Positions 8,511-18,607 of a stretch of DNA of 54,566 bases are shown piece after piece; position 1 is the stretch's first letter; each line of letters starts with the position of its first letter. A program made the translations under genes and the position numbers. The stretch lies in assembly GCA_021848025.1 (NCBI GenBank), contig JAJZND010000018.1, positions 1 to 54,566 on the forward strand, read 5' to 3'. The notes below the pieces were generated by a model that was not told the origin of the DNA, ran no database searches, and was given only the letters and a program-made list of their open reading frames with translations. The DNA comes from Candidatus Micrarchaeota archaeon (GTDB lineage Archaea > Micrarchaeota > Micrarchaeia > Micrarchaeales > CABMGC01).

Positions 8511-9476
8511 TTGATGGCAGGGCTTTATACCGTAATAGAAATCATGTTGCTGCTTGCAGGCTTTGTTCTGGCTGCTGAGATTGTGGCTGAGGGAACGCAC
8601 AGGCTGGAGCCGCTTCTTGGTCAGGGCATGGCTGGAGGAGTGCTTCTAGGCCTGATGGGCTCCCTTCCGGAAACCATATTTGTTGTAATAGCAGTGCTAA
8701 ACGGGTCATTTAATGTGGCGGTAGGCACTGCGATAGGCGGAAATATAATCCTATTCACGCTTGGCATAGGCCTTGCGATAGTTATCTATGCGTTGAAATG
8801 GAAAAAGAGCTTAAAGATGAAGGAGGATTATCACATAGAGCTCTATTTCTTCGCAGCTTCAACGATAGGGATAGGCCTGCTGATACTTTATGGCTCCCTG
8901 GATATCCTCTCGGGGCTGGCACTAAGTGCAGTATACGTGCTGTACGTGCTCTACAGATACAAGCAAACTTCAGTTTATATTAAAAACAAGAACATCACAA
9001 AAGAAGGCACCAAGCTGCTCCTAAAAGGCGCTCTCTATATTGTAATAGGCGCGATACTAGTGATTCTGCTTTCAAGGCCATTCATAGAATCAATAAGCTC
9101 TCTTGCAACAGACCTGCGCATACCTCTAATATTAGCAGCTCTTGTAATTTCACCTATTGCAGCAGATTTCGGCGAAAATCTTTCTGCATACAGGGTAGTG
9201 ATGAAAAGTCCTAGTGGTGGCTCAACAGCGATAGTCAGCTTTCTTGGAGGCAAGCTCGAGAACAATACGATACTGCTTGGCCTTATAGGCATTATCGCAA
9301 GCATAATGTACGGCGCTCCTGTAAGCATCAAGTCATCAATCCCTGAATTGCTTACGGTAATAGGCGTCAATGTAGTGGCTCTCGCATTCATCACAAGGGG
9401 CAGGTTTGGCTACAAGGAAGGGATAATTCTAGTCGCCCTCTATTTCATTGGCATAGCGGCAGCATTCGTTCTATGA
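8511..9476 (+). CDS. Na+/Ca2+ (cation:Ca2+) exchanger family membrane protein
   Basis: Alpha-repeat GSLPE and GTAIGGNI, about 10 TM helices in two repeats. Confidence 0.8.
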   Translation: MMAGLYTVIEIMLLLAGFVLAAEIVAEGTHRLEPLLGQGMAGGVLLGLMGSLPETIFVVIAVLNGSFNVAVGTAIGGNIILFTLGIGLAIVIYALKWKKSLKMKEDYHIELYFFAASTIGIGLLILYGSLDILSGLALSAVYVLYVLYRYKQTSVYIKNKNITKEGTKLLLKGALYIVIGAILVILLSRPFIESISSLATDLRIPLILAALVISPIAADFGENLSAYRVVMKSPSGGSTAIVSFLGGKLENNTILLGLIGIIASIMYGAPVSIKSSIPELLTVIGVNVVALAFITRGRFGYKEGIILVALYFIGIAAAFVL

Positions 9477-10235
9477 TCTGGCGGTATCCTTGGTATCCTT
9501 AATGTACGCGGTAAGGTAAACAAGGAAAACCAGGGCAATCGCCCCTGACTGAATCCAGACAATCAAATCTCCAAGAAGGTGCTGCAAGCCAAGCAACGCT
9601 ATCAATATGGTTACATAATCTAATGAGCCGTCTACGTACGCATGTGCAAGAACGGCAATTATAAGGTTGCGTATGGATTTAGCTCTGCCTTGCTCTATGC
9701 CTCTTCTGAGAAATGCCGCTGTTCCGGTATGAAAGGCCATCGAGAAGGGAGCTTGTAGTATTACCGGAATGATGCTCGCCAGGCCTATTGCAGCTTCCTG
9801 CGAAGCGCTGATGTTAAGACCCGGTGCAAGGGAAACAAGAAAGATAAGTATGTCAATTGCTGCAAATCCAAAGCCAACCCACGGCGCAAGCCCTGCTGAA
9901 TTGTACTTTACAGCGAAGAATTTAGCCAGTTCCTGCCAGAAACCCGCCATCAATCCTAAGAAAGCAGCTATCAGCAATGGATAATTCCTTTCCAATGCCA
10001 CATACGCCGCGCTCCCTGCCTCGGCTCCCATCCCCTTAATGAAAATCAGGTATATCGCTGGGATGGACTGGAGCATACTCTGTATGAATATTGCGCCAAG
10101 CATGAAGGCCATGCCAATTATGGCTGCAGTCGCAATCCTCTCCTTTCTCGGAAGCAGGAAGAACGCAGCTACGAATGAAGCTATGGAGAAGATTATACCA
10201 AGGATTAAAGTTACGGCTATCATATACAAATACAA
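9471..10235 (-). CDS. YhfC/PrsW-like intramembrane glutamic metalloprotease
   Basis: AGFWQELAKF, GFGFAA, FH and HAYVD motifs in a polytopic membrane protein. Confidence 0.65.
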   Translation of the reverse strand: MYLYMIAVTLILGIIFSIASFVAAFFLLPRKERIATAAIIGMAFMLGAIFIQSMLQSIPAIYLIFIKGMGAEAGSAAYVALERNYPLLIAAFLGLMAGFWQELAKFFAVKYNSAGLAPWVGFGFAAIDILIFLVSLAPGLNISASQEAAIGLASIIPVILQAPFSMAFHTGTAAFLRRGIEQGRAKSIRNLIIAVLAHAYVDGSLDYVTILIALLGLQHLLGDLIVWIQSGAIALVFLVYLTAYIKDTKDTARS

Positions 10236-10329
10236 CTAAGGGAAAAGGCTTTATTCATTCTCCACGTATCGCTATCTATATAAACCTTAAATTTTTAATC
10301 TATCTGCTGTTTAATCTTGAAGTGGTCAA

Positions 10330-10734
10330 ATGTCAGAGGAAAAAACCTATGCATCAATGAAGGATATCAAGTCCGGAAGATTCATATTGATAGATAATAT
10401 TCCCTGCCGGGTCGTGGAGATAGATACGTCTGCTCCGGGCAAGCACGGCGCAGCAAAGATGAGGATAACCGCAGTCGGCGTTTTTGACGGTCAGAAAAGG
10501 ACGTTGCTGAAACCCAGCAGCGCCGATGCAGAAGTCCCGATCATAAGCAAGAAAAAGGCCCAGGTCGTTTCAATTTCCGGAACATCTGCCCAGCTAATGG
10601 ATCTTGAGACTTATGATACATACGAAGTTGCAATACCTGAAGACATGAGAGATACGCTGAAAAACGGGGCGGAAGTTGAAGTAATAGAATACGGGGAGAA
10701 CAGGGCCATCTCAAGGATATCAGGTGCAGTATAG
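10330..10734 (+). CDS. eif5a: Translation factor aIF-5A
   Basis: Hypusine motif SAPGKHGAAK. Confidence 0.97.
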   Translation: MSEEKTYASMKDIKSGRFILIDNIPCRVVEIDTSAPGKHGAAKMRITAVGVFDGQKRTLLKPSSADAEVPIISKKKAQVVSISGTSAQLMDLETYDTYEVAIPEDMRDTLKNGAEVEVIEYGENRAISRISGAV

Positions 10735-10742
10735 TTGATTTT

Positions 10743-11096
10743 ATGGACATGGAAATAAAAGTAGAGAATGAAAAAGAGAACAAGATGCTAAATAGAAAGG
10801 AGCTTCAGCTTCATCTAAGCTACGAGCAGAATACGCCTTCGAGGGAGGAGGTAAAGAAAGAGGTATGCAAAAAGTTTAATCTCAGCCCAGATAGCACAGA
10901 AATAGTTGCCATAGAACAGCAATACGGCTCTAGATCGAGCATGGTAACTGTGCACTCCTATTCAAGCAAAGAGCTCCTTCAGGCAATGCTTAAAAAGAAG
11001 GGAAAGAAGAGGGACGGCGCAGCAAAAGAGGATAAGGCACATGCTAAAGCTGCAGACGGTAAGAAAGAAGAAAAGAAAGATGCAGAGAAGAAGTAA
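10743..11096 (+). CDS. rps24e: 30S ribosomal protein S24e
   Basis: ENKMLNRKE…TPSREEV…YG motifs, Lys-rich tail, next to S27ae. Confidence 0.9.
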   Translation: MDMEIKVENEKENKMLNRKELQLHLSYEQNTPSREEVKKEVCKKFNLSPDSTEIVAIEQQYGSRSSMVTVHSYSSKELLQAMLKKKGKKRDGAAKEDKAHAKAADGKKEEKKDAEKK

Positions 11097-11107
11097 AGGT
11101 TTTATTT

Positions 11108-11266
11108 ATGGCTGAAGCTAAAAAAGAAGATAAGAAACCAAAAAAAGTGGATAAATTCAGAGAGGCAGAGAAGTTCTGTCCAAAATGCGGAGTCAGGATG
11201 GGCGTACACGCTGATAGATACACTTGCGGAAGGTGTAGGTATACCGAGTGGAAGAAATCGGCGTAA
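11108..11266 (+). CDS. rps27ae: 30S ribosomal protein S27ae
   Basis: 52-aa ORF below the track cutoff: [26 protein letters not shown] zinc ribbon, following rps24e. Confidence 0.92.
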   Translation: MAEAKKEDKKPKKVDKFREAEKFCPKCGVRMGVHADRYTCGRCRYTEWKKSA

Positions 11267-11318
11267 AACCGTCCCTGCCAAAACAAGCAGTAGTCACAGC
11301 CTGATATCTTATCTGTCT

Positions 11319-12254
11319 GTGCCTGAGGCATATATGCCGCCGCGCTATTTGTGGATGCGGAGAGGTTTGGCGTGGTATCTTGTTCTCTCTGGAATTTTTC
11401 TTTCCCTGCTCCTTTTACTGACAGGCATGGTGCTGTCTTTTAATTATGCGGGGATAATCCCAAACGCGCAGCTCCAATTCTTCGAGGATGTTGCGCAGGG
11501 ATTCTCATTCTCCCTGTGCGCGGTATTCTATCTCCTGCTTAACAGGTCAGTTAAAATAAATGCAACAAGAAGCAATTCATACAGCCTCGCAATCATATTC
11601 GCCGCAGTAGGCGTATTTCTCTCCATTTTTCTAGTGGTCTCTGATCTGCTGGCAGTTCTGCCGCTTTCCCAGGGCAATCTTGCATTATACTCGGTTCTGA
11701 CGATAATTGTCTCTGTACTTATAAGTATATTGGCCTCTATAAAAATCTCAAAAGCCGGCCTCCTGATTCCGGAGAGAAAACCTAAGAAAAACATGAAGCA
11801 GGAGAGCATAGCAAGCATGCTCGGGCTAAGCAGAGACAGGCTCACGCTGCAATTAGTCCTTCTTGGAGTAGTCATATTTATCATCATCTTTCTTTTCGAG
11901 GTGGCAATCAGCCTGATAAGCCTAGCCACAAACGTAAAAATTAACACTAACGTTAGCAGCGTGTTTGCAGGCGCGCCATTCTGGTTCATAATATTCCTGG
12001 CTGTGATTGAACCTATAAATGAAGAAATGCTTTTCAGAGGGCTTATGGTGCCCAGGATAGGTATAGTGTTCAGCTCGCTACTCTTCGCGGCAGGCCACGT
12101 AAGCTATAATTCAACTTTCGGCATAGAAGTTATATTTGCATTTGTCTTTGGCATCATTGCTTCCTATATGTTCCGCAAAACGAAATCCCTCTATCCGTCA
12201 ATCACAGCCCACATACTGGTAAACACGCTAGCTGCAATTTCTTTGTTCCATTAG
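11319..12254 (+). CDS. CPBP/CAAX (Abi/Rce1) family intramembrane protease
   Basis: EPINEEMLFRG, FAAGH and HILVN motifs. Confidence 0.88.
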   Translation: MPEAYMPPRYLWMRRGLAWYLVLSGIFLSLLLLLTGMVLSFNYAGIIPNAQLQFFEDVAQGFSFSLCAVFYLLLNRSVKINATRSNSYSLAIIFAAVGVFLSIFLVVSDLLAVLPLSQGNLALYSVLTIIVSVLISILASIKISKAGLLIPERKPKKNMKQESIASMLGLSRDRLTLQLVLLGVVIFIIIFLFEVAISLISLATNVKINTNVSSVFAGAPFWFIIFLAVIEPINEEMLFRGLMVPRIGIVFSSLLFAAGHVSYNSTFGIEVIFAFVFGIIASYMFRKTKSLYPSITAHILVNTLAAISLFH

Positions 12255-12266
12255 CGGCTTCTATAT

Positions 12267-12983
12267 TTATCGCACAGGCATGTAGTCTTTTTTTGGTTTC
12301 TTTAGGAAGTTGTACCTGAAGATGTTGCCTACATAGTACTTGAAAAAGCCCCACATGCCCCAGTCATCTATTCTTCTAGTGCTAGTGTATACCCTTGCCT
12401 GCAAAAAGATTTTTGTCTTTCCATATTTCTTCAGCCTCTTCGAGAGATCCCAATCCTCGTATGTGACAAGGCTCGGGTCAAAGCCGCCGCTTTTTTTGAA
12501 GGCCTCCTTCCTTACCGCAAAATTGGAGCCGATGACCGAAGGCCTTCCAAGCGCAATGCTTAGTCTGACAAATACTACAGATACGAAGATATAGCCAAGC
12601 TTTATCCTGAGTTTTCTCTTCTCCAGTGGCAGTATAAGGCCTGTCGCAACAGCAAGCTCCTTATCGCGAAATGCCTTCTCATACTCTTCAAGCAGATTGT
12701 ACTTTGGCTTGGTATCTGCATCCAAAAATAGAAGTATCTCTCCATTAGCAGCAGCTGCGCCTGTATTTCTCGCTCTCGCAACTCCGTGCCTTCCGTCTAT
12801 TATTACCTTAGCATTCTTCCCTGCGATCTGTGCAGTTTTGTCATTGCTCTTTCTGTCTACCACGATCACTTCGAAGTCCTTGAATGTCTGCTGCTTCAGG
12901 CCTGCAAAGGCATAGCCTATGTATTTTTCCTCGTTGTATGCAGGTATTATAATGCTGAAATAAGGTTTACGCTTTTTCTCCAT
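12267..12983 (-). CDS. Glycosyltransferase family 2
   Basis: SIIIPAYNEE, FLDAD and EDWDL motifs. Confidence 0.92.
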   Translation of the reverse strand: MEKKRKPYFSIIIPAYNEEKYIGYAFAGLKQQTFKDFEVIVVDRKSNDKTAQIAGKNAKVIIDGRHGVARARNTGAAAANGEILLFLDADTKPKYNLLEEYEKAFRDKELAVATGLILPLEKRKLRIKLGYIFVSVVFVRLSIALGRPSVIGSNFAVRKEAFKKSGGFDPSLVTYEDWDLSKRLKKYGKTKIFLQARVYTSTRRIDDWGMWGFFKYYVGNIFRYNFLKKPKKDYMPVR

Positions 12984-13007
12984 AATAATGCTTCCAAGGT
13001 CTATCTA

Positions 13008-13649
13008 TCACTTTGCCGTACTGTCATATATCTCAGCGACGCCTCTTATAAGTATATACGCAAGCAGTACAGCTGTCAATATGTAGCCTATAACAATCGG
13101 GTAGTAATAGTTAGACACGTATACTAAAGCGAGGTAAGCGAATGTAACGAACTTTACTATGTTTATTCCGCCTCTTCCTATGTTTGATGAATATACCTTT
13201 CGCGCAAAGCCTGTTTTCATCTTAGACGATGTGCCGCGCTGTCCCATGAAGGCATCTACAAACGAGTGCCTAAGAACCACCAAAAGAAGCACATACAGCG
13301 GAAGAACATGCAGATATGTGAAGACTATCCAGAGCGAATACTCTACGGCTCTGTCTCCAGCAACGTCAAACCTTGCTCCATACGGATTATGGTCAGCTAT
13401 GCTGTGCTTGAACTGCGCAACCTTCTTTTTTTCTGCCGCGTTTCCTGAAGCTGCTTTCAGGTAGGTGATAAAGCTTATGCCTCCCTTGCTCTCTTCGTTC
13501 ACTGCGAGGAAGCCGTCGAATGCATCCAAGAACATGACAAGCGCAATAAGGAAAATTATAAGCGCTGCATTAAGCTTTATTATGATCATGTATACTACTG
13601 CTATGGCTAGCAGCGTCCTGAATATAGTGGCAGCATCCGCGCTTCTCAT
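13008..13649 (-). CDS. CDP-alcohol phosphatidyltransferase family protein
   Basis: DAFDG…GARFDVAGDR motif with an insertion, plus TM helices. Confidence 0.85.
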   Translation of the reverse strand: MRSADAATIFRTLLAIAVVYMIIIKLNAALIIFLIALVMFLDAFDGFLAVNEESKGGISFITYLKAASGNAAEKKKVAQFKHSIADHNPYGARFDVAGDRAVEYSLWIVFTYLHVLPLYVLLLVVLRHSFVDAFMGQRGTSSKMKTGFARKVYSSNIGRGGINIVKFVTFAYLALVYVSNYYYPIVIGYILTAVLLAYILIRGVAEIYDSTAK

Positions 13650-13735
13650 AAAACCGTTTATTTATTATTCCAACACAAGATTTATTAAAATCGCTTTCAA
13701 ATTACTTTATAGAACGCGTATACTTAGTGGTATAA

Positions 13736-16700
13736 TTGCAGGATCTTAACAGCAAAGAGGAAGAGGTGCTTACGTACTGGAAAGAGAATCGGATACTGGA
13801 AAAGGTCAGGGCCAAGAATAAGGGTAGGAAACCCTACTATTTCCTTGACGGCCCTCCGTTTGTCAGTGGAGATCTGCATCCTGCGCAGATATGGACTAAG
13901 ACAATGAAGGATGTTGCTGTAAGATACAAGAGGTACCGCGGTTTTAATGTGGTAGACAGGGCGGGCTATGATGTGCATGGCCTGCCGGTAGAGAACAGAC
14001 TGGAGAAGGAGCTCGGAGTACAGTCCAAGAAAGATATTGAAGAAAAGATAGGCGTAGAAAAATTTGTAAATGAGTGCAAGGCATACGTGGAAAAGTACAT
14101 AGGCCGCATGGACGCGGATTACGAGCGCTTTGGAATTTCACTTGATTTCAAGAACCCCTACCTGCCTTATAAGAATGAATACATAGAAACAGCCTGGAGC
14201 ATGTTCAAGAAGGCAAGCGAGAATGGATTCTTATACAAGGGCAAGCGCACCCTAATATATTGCCCTCACTGCGAGACACCTCTGTCACAAGGAAGCATGG
14301 AAGTAGAGTACAGGGACGTAGATGATCCATCGATATACGTTGCGTTCAGGATAGACGAGAAGAGATCCAGACCCGGCATGACGCTCCCTCCGGACAGTTA
14401 TCTTGTGATATGGACAACAACGCCATGGACTCTTCCTGCAAATGTTTCAGTGGCTGCAAACCCTAAAAACAGGTATGTGATGGTAAGTGCTGCAGGCAAG
14501 AACATGATAATAGCCAAGGAGAGGCTTGCAGCGTTCGAGGCTGTGATGAAGGAGAGCATTGTGATCATAAGCGAGTTCCAAGGCAGCGAATTGCATGATA
14601 TCTACTACATAAGCCCGCTTGAGGCGAAAGTCCCGAAGCAGGCGGAGCTAAGGAAGTACCATAAAGTAATCTTCTCTGAAAGCCTTGTCTCTATGGGCGA
14701 AGGAACGGGTCTGGTGCATATGGCACCGGGAAACGGTGTGGATGACTATGCGGTTGGGAAACTGAACAAGCTGCCAATCTTTTCACCTGTTAATCCTGAC
14801 GCAACCTACAATGAAGACGCAGGGGTGTACAAGGGCATCAAGGTTCCCACAGATGCCAACAAAGCGGTGCTTGAAGATCTTGAAACGTCAGGCGCGCTTC
14901 TAAGCAGGGGTTCCATACGCCACAGCTACCCTTTCTGCTGGAGATGCAGCTCAAAGCTGATCTTCCTTGCCACAGATCAGTGGTTTATGAATGTCCAAAG
15001 AATAAAAAAGAAGCTTATCCTGCAGAATGAGAAAGTTAACTGGCATCCGCAGGAAGTGAAGGGCTGGCAGAAGGCGGTGCTTGAGAATTCTCCTGACTGG
15101 TGCATCTCCAGGCAAAGATACTGGGGGATACCTATGCCTATCTGGGTATGCGGAGCCTGCAAGAAGATGAAGGTAATAGGATCAGTCCAAGAACTCAGGG
15201 AAAATGCTGCAAATCAGGATGAAATAGCCAACCTGCACGATTTCCACAGGCCTTACATAGACAGGATAAAGCTTAAGTGCGAATGCGGAGGCAGCATGGA
15301 GAGAACAAAGGACATTCTTGATGGATGGTTCGATTCAGGGATAACCTTCAGGGCTAGCCTTACCGAGGAGCAGTTCAAAGAGTTCTTCCCAGTGGACTTG
15401 ATAGTCGAATACATAGAGCAGATCCGCGCATGGTTCCAATACCTGATGAAGTGCGGAGTAATGGTCTATGGAAAGATACCTTTCAGGAATGCAATGGTGC
15501 ATGGCATAATGGCCGGCACAGACGGAAGGAAGATGAGCAAGAGCTTCGGCAATTTCAGGCCTCTGAACGAGATAACCAGAATGTTCACTGCAGATGCCTT
15601 CAGGCTCTGGAGCATAGATCACCAGCCAATACTTAACAGAAATCTCAACGAAGCAGAGATAAAAGAGAGCGGCAAGATAATAAGCATTCTTTACAATATA
15701 TCAAATCTACTCTCAGAATACGCAGACATGCTGGGCATAAAGCTCCAGACGAGGCCTAGAGCAAAATCCGGTTCCCTCGACGAGATCGATGCCTGGATGG
15801 TGTCTAGGACAGAATCAACAATATCTTCAGTAACAGAGCATCTGGAAAAGTACGAGGCGTACAAGGCAGCTTCAGAACTTAGGAACTTTATACTGGAGGA
15901 TTTCAGCAGGTTCTACCTCAAGATTGCAAAGAAGAGGCTTCTCTACGGGAACAGGAACCAGGCGACGGAGATACTGGGCATAGCCAATTATGCTCTCTAT
16001 AACATACTTCTGCTTGCTTCTGTCATCACGCCATTTTCCTCCGAGTCCATATATCTTGAAAGATACAGGCAGAACGAATCCATTTTCCTGGAGAAATGGC
16101 CAAAGGCAAAGCAAAAAGCCATAAACAGGGAGCTTGAAGCACAGATGAAGATAGCAAAGGATGCAATAACTGCGCTTTTAAACAGCAGGGAAAAGGCAAA
16201 TATAACGCTCAGATGGCCGATATCAAAGGCCATAATAGAGGTCAGGGATGACGTCTCAAAAGCAGCACTGGAGAACCTCTCCGGGATAGTAAAGGACGCA
16301 ATAAATGCAAAGGAGCTGGAGCTGAAGAGGGCAGAGGGCGCAAGCGAAGAGGTAAAGCCTGTATTTTCCAGACTTGGGCCTGTCTTCAAAGACAAGGCTT
16401 CGGCAATAGCAGAGGCGCTGAAGAAGGCCGATCCCAATGAACTGAGGAGCCAGATAAAGAAAGATGGAAGATATGCTCTCAGAATCGGTACAGAAACATT
16501 TGAAATAAAGCCGGACCAGTTTGCCATACTTGAATTGAAAGGCGGAGGCGATGCGGTGGTCTTCAGCCACGGCAGTGCATACATAGACAGGAACATAAGC
16601 AGGGAGTTAAAGGAGGAAGCGCTTATCAGGGAATTCGAACGGAGAGTCCAGCTCCTGAGGAAGAAACTGGAGCTGAAAAAGCCTGACAGGATCGAGCTGC

Positions 16701-16864
16701 TTTACAAGGCATCTCCCGGACTCGCTGAAATAGTAGCATCGAACAAAGAGCAAATTGCAAGGAATCTAAATGCACAGGAAATAAGGGAAGCAGAATTGCC
16801 TGAGGACGCAGAAAGCTTTGATATTGAAGGTGAAGCGCTCAGGCTGCAAGTAAGGAAACTGTAG
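13736..16864 (+). CDS. ileS: Isoleucine--tRNA ligase (archaeal/eukaryote type)
   Basis: DGPP, GYDVHGLP, WTTTPWT, GTGLVH, DWCISRQRYWG and KMSKS motifs. The HIGH motif reads HPAQ. Confidence 0.95.
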   Translation: MQDLNSKEEEVLTYWKENRILEKVRAKNKGRKPYYFLDGPPFVSGDLHPAQIWTKTMKDVAVRYKRYRGFNVVDRAGYDVHGLPVENRLEKELGVQSKKDIEEKIGVEKFVNECKAYVEKYIGRMDADYERFGISLDFKNPYLPYKNEYIETAWSMFKKASENGFLYKGKRTLIYCPHCETPLSQGSMEVEYRDVDDPSIYVAFRIDEKRSRPGMTLPPDSYLVIWTTTPWTLPANVSVAANPKNRYVMVSAAGKNMIIAKERLAAFEAVMKESIVIISEFQGSELHDIYYISPLEAKVPKQAELRKYHKVIFSESLVSMGEGTGLVHMAPGNGVDDYAVGKLNKLPIFSPVNPDATYNEDAGVYKGIKVPTDANKAVLEDLETSGALLSRGSIRHSYPFCWRCSSKLIFLATDQWFMNVQRIKKKLILQNEKVNWHPQEVKGWQKAVLENSPDWCISRQRYWGIPMPIWVCGACKKMKVIGSVQELRENAANQDEIANLHDFHRPYIDRIKLKCECGGSMERTKDILDGWFDSGITFRASLTEEQFKEFFPVDLIVEYIEQIRAWFQYLMKCGVMVYGKIPFRNAMVHGIMAGTDGRKMSKSFGNFRPLNEITRMFTADAFRLWSIDHQPILNRNLNEAEIKESGKIISILYNISNLLSEYADMLGIKLQTRPRAKSGSLDEIDAWMVSRTESTISSVTEHLEKYEAYKAASELRNFILEDFSRFYLKIAKKRLLYGNRNQATEILGIANYALYNILLLASVITPFSSESIYLERYRQNESIFLEKWPKAKQKAINRELEAQMKIAKDAITALLNSREKANITLRWPISKAIIEVRDDVSKAALENLSGIVKDAINAKELELKRAEGASEEVKPVFSRLGPVFKDKASAIAEALKKADPNELRSQIKKDGRYALRIGTETFEIKPDQFAILELKGGGDAVVFSHGSAYIDRNISRELKEEALIREFERRVQLLRKKLELKKPDRIELLYKASPGLAEIVASNKEQIARNLNAQEIREAELPEDAESFDIEGEALRLQVRKL

Positions 16865-16866
16865 GC

Positions 16867-17091
16867 TTATACCCCTGAGCTCGTCTGGCTCTTGAAAGCG
16901 CGCCTCTTCCTTATATCACTCCAGTCGTCCTTGCAGATGAAGATTCTCTCCGTCTGGCTTATCTTCCTAGAGCTCTTCACGCATTCTATCCCTATCTTGC
17001 GCTTGCAGTAGTTGCATGTGCTCGCTTTGTATATATCCTTTCCACATCTTTCGCATATCATAGTCTCACTATCGTGATTTCGCATATTCAT
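16867..17091 (-). CDS. Small Cys-rich zinc-finger protein
   Basis: CERC, CNYC, further Cys and CKDD pattern. The start may be at about 17061. Confidence 0.65.
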   Translation of the reverse strand: MNMRNHDSETMICERCGKDIYKASTCNYCKRKIGIECVKSSRKISQTERIFICKDDWSDIRKRRAFKSQTSSGV

Positions 17092-17189
17092 ATGCCGAAT
17101 AACTATTAAATAGCTACCGCATCGACATCCTCAGTCCGGCAAGCTCAACCTTAAATAACAGATATCTGCAATCATTATCCTGGAGCCTT

Positions 17190-18485
17190 ATGGAAAAAGT
17201 CCTGATTGAAACCCATGGCTGCACGTTGAATAAAGCAGACAGCGAGATCATAGAGTCTATCCTCAGGGAACAGGGGTTCTCTGCCGAGAAGGGGCAGGCC
17301 ACCATTCAGAACATCATTAACTACGATTACATAATAATAAATACGTGCACGGTGAAGAAGCCAACGGAGCAGAAGATGCTTGACAGGTTAAGCAGATTTA
17401 GCAGGTCGGGCAAAAAAATCATAGTTACCGGCTGCCTTGCCACTGCCAGCCCTGAGAAGGTAAAGAAAGCTGTCCCTGATGCTGCTATAGTAAGCACCAG
17501 CAGGATAACCGAGATAGGGGGCGTACTTTCTGACGCAGGAAAAGCGGGCGAAGCCGATAGGCTTGGTTATGTCAGAAAGGACAAGATGGCCTATTATAGT
17601 GCGAACAGCGCTGTGATAGCGCGCATACCAATAAGCGAAGGGTGCCTGAGCAATTGCAGCTTCTGCGAAACCAAGTTCGCGCGCGGGCCACTGAACAGCT
17701 TTTCAGAGGAGCTAATCCTCAGGGCAATCTCGGATTCTGTAAAGCGAGGCTCGAAAGAGATAGAGCTTGCGTCGCAGGATACGGGAGCCTACGGCTTCGA
17801 CAAAAAGACAAATATAGCGGAGCTTCTCCAGAGGGCTTCTGAGATAGATGGCGAATTCAGTATAAGAGTAGGCATGCTAAATCCGGAGCACCTGCACAAG
17901 TACTTCGATGAACTGATAGCAGCTTACAGGATGGGCAAGGCATTCCGGTTCATCCATCTGCCAGTGCAATCTGCCAGCAACAAAATACTAAGGAGCATGA
18001 AGAGAAACTACACGATAGAGGACTTCAACTCCTATGTATCGGAGCTGAGGAAAAAGGTTCCGGGAATAAGCCTCGAGACCGATATAATAGTCGGATATCC
18101 TCTTGAAACTGAAGACGATTTTGAAGAAACAGCCAGATTCGCAGAGGAGCAGCGCCCGAACGTTACAAACATATCAAAGTTTTCGATCAGGCCTCACGCT
18201 GCAGCTTCCAGAATGAGGCAGCTCCACAATGGCGTTGTGAAGGAAAGGAGCGTTAAGATGTCAAGGCTTGTCAGAAGGATACAGGCCGAGGATCTGTCAA
18301 AGTTTATCGGAAGGAGGAAAAGGGTCCTTATAACAGAGAAAAATGCCAAATCACTTTCCGGAAGGGACGAATTTTATACGCAAGTGGCAGTCCTCCAGGG
18401 AGACCGCGAGGTTCCAATAGGCAGCTATGTTGAAGCAGAGGTTGTTGGGAATTCATACGCCTGCCTAATTTCCAAGCCTGTTTAA
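17190..18485 (+). CDS. mtaB: tRNA methylthiotransferase (archaeal MtaB/CDKAL1-type radical SAM)
   Basis: UPF0004 THGCTLN/NTCTVK/GCL motifs, radical SAM CLSNCSFC and a C-terminal TRAM domain. Confidence 0.9.
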   Translation: MEKVLIETHGCTLNKADSEIIESILREQGFSAEKGQATIQNIINYDYIIINTCTVKKPTEQKMLDRLSRFSRSGKKIIVTGCLATASPEKVKKAVPDAAIVSTSRITEIGGVLSDAGKAGEADRLGYVRKDKMAYYSANSAVIARIPISEGCLSNCSFCETKFARGPLNSFSEELILRAISDSVKRGSKEIELASQDTGAYGFDKKTNIAELLQRASEIDGEFSIRVGMLNPEHLHKYFDELIAAYRMGKAFRFIHLPVQSASNKILRSMKRNYTIEDFNSYVSELRKKVPGISLETDIIVGYPLETEDDFEETARFAEEQRPNVTNISKFSIRPHAAASRMRQLHNGVVKERSVKMSRLVRRIQAEDLSKFIGRRKRVLITEKNAKSLSGRDEFYTQVAVLQGDREVPIGSYVEAEVVGNSYACLISKPV

Positions 18486-18607
18486 TCTGCTTCATGCATT
18501 GCCGGTTCATCCGCACAGCTGCCCGATTCCTGCACGGTTTGTAATGCCGCAGAAAGCGTGGTAAAGTTTTATAAGTGCAACTTGGCTATAAGTAATAGGT
18601 ATTATGC

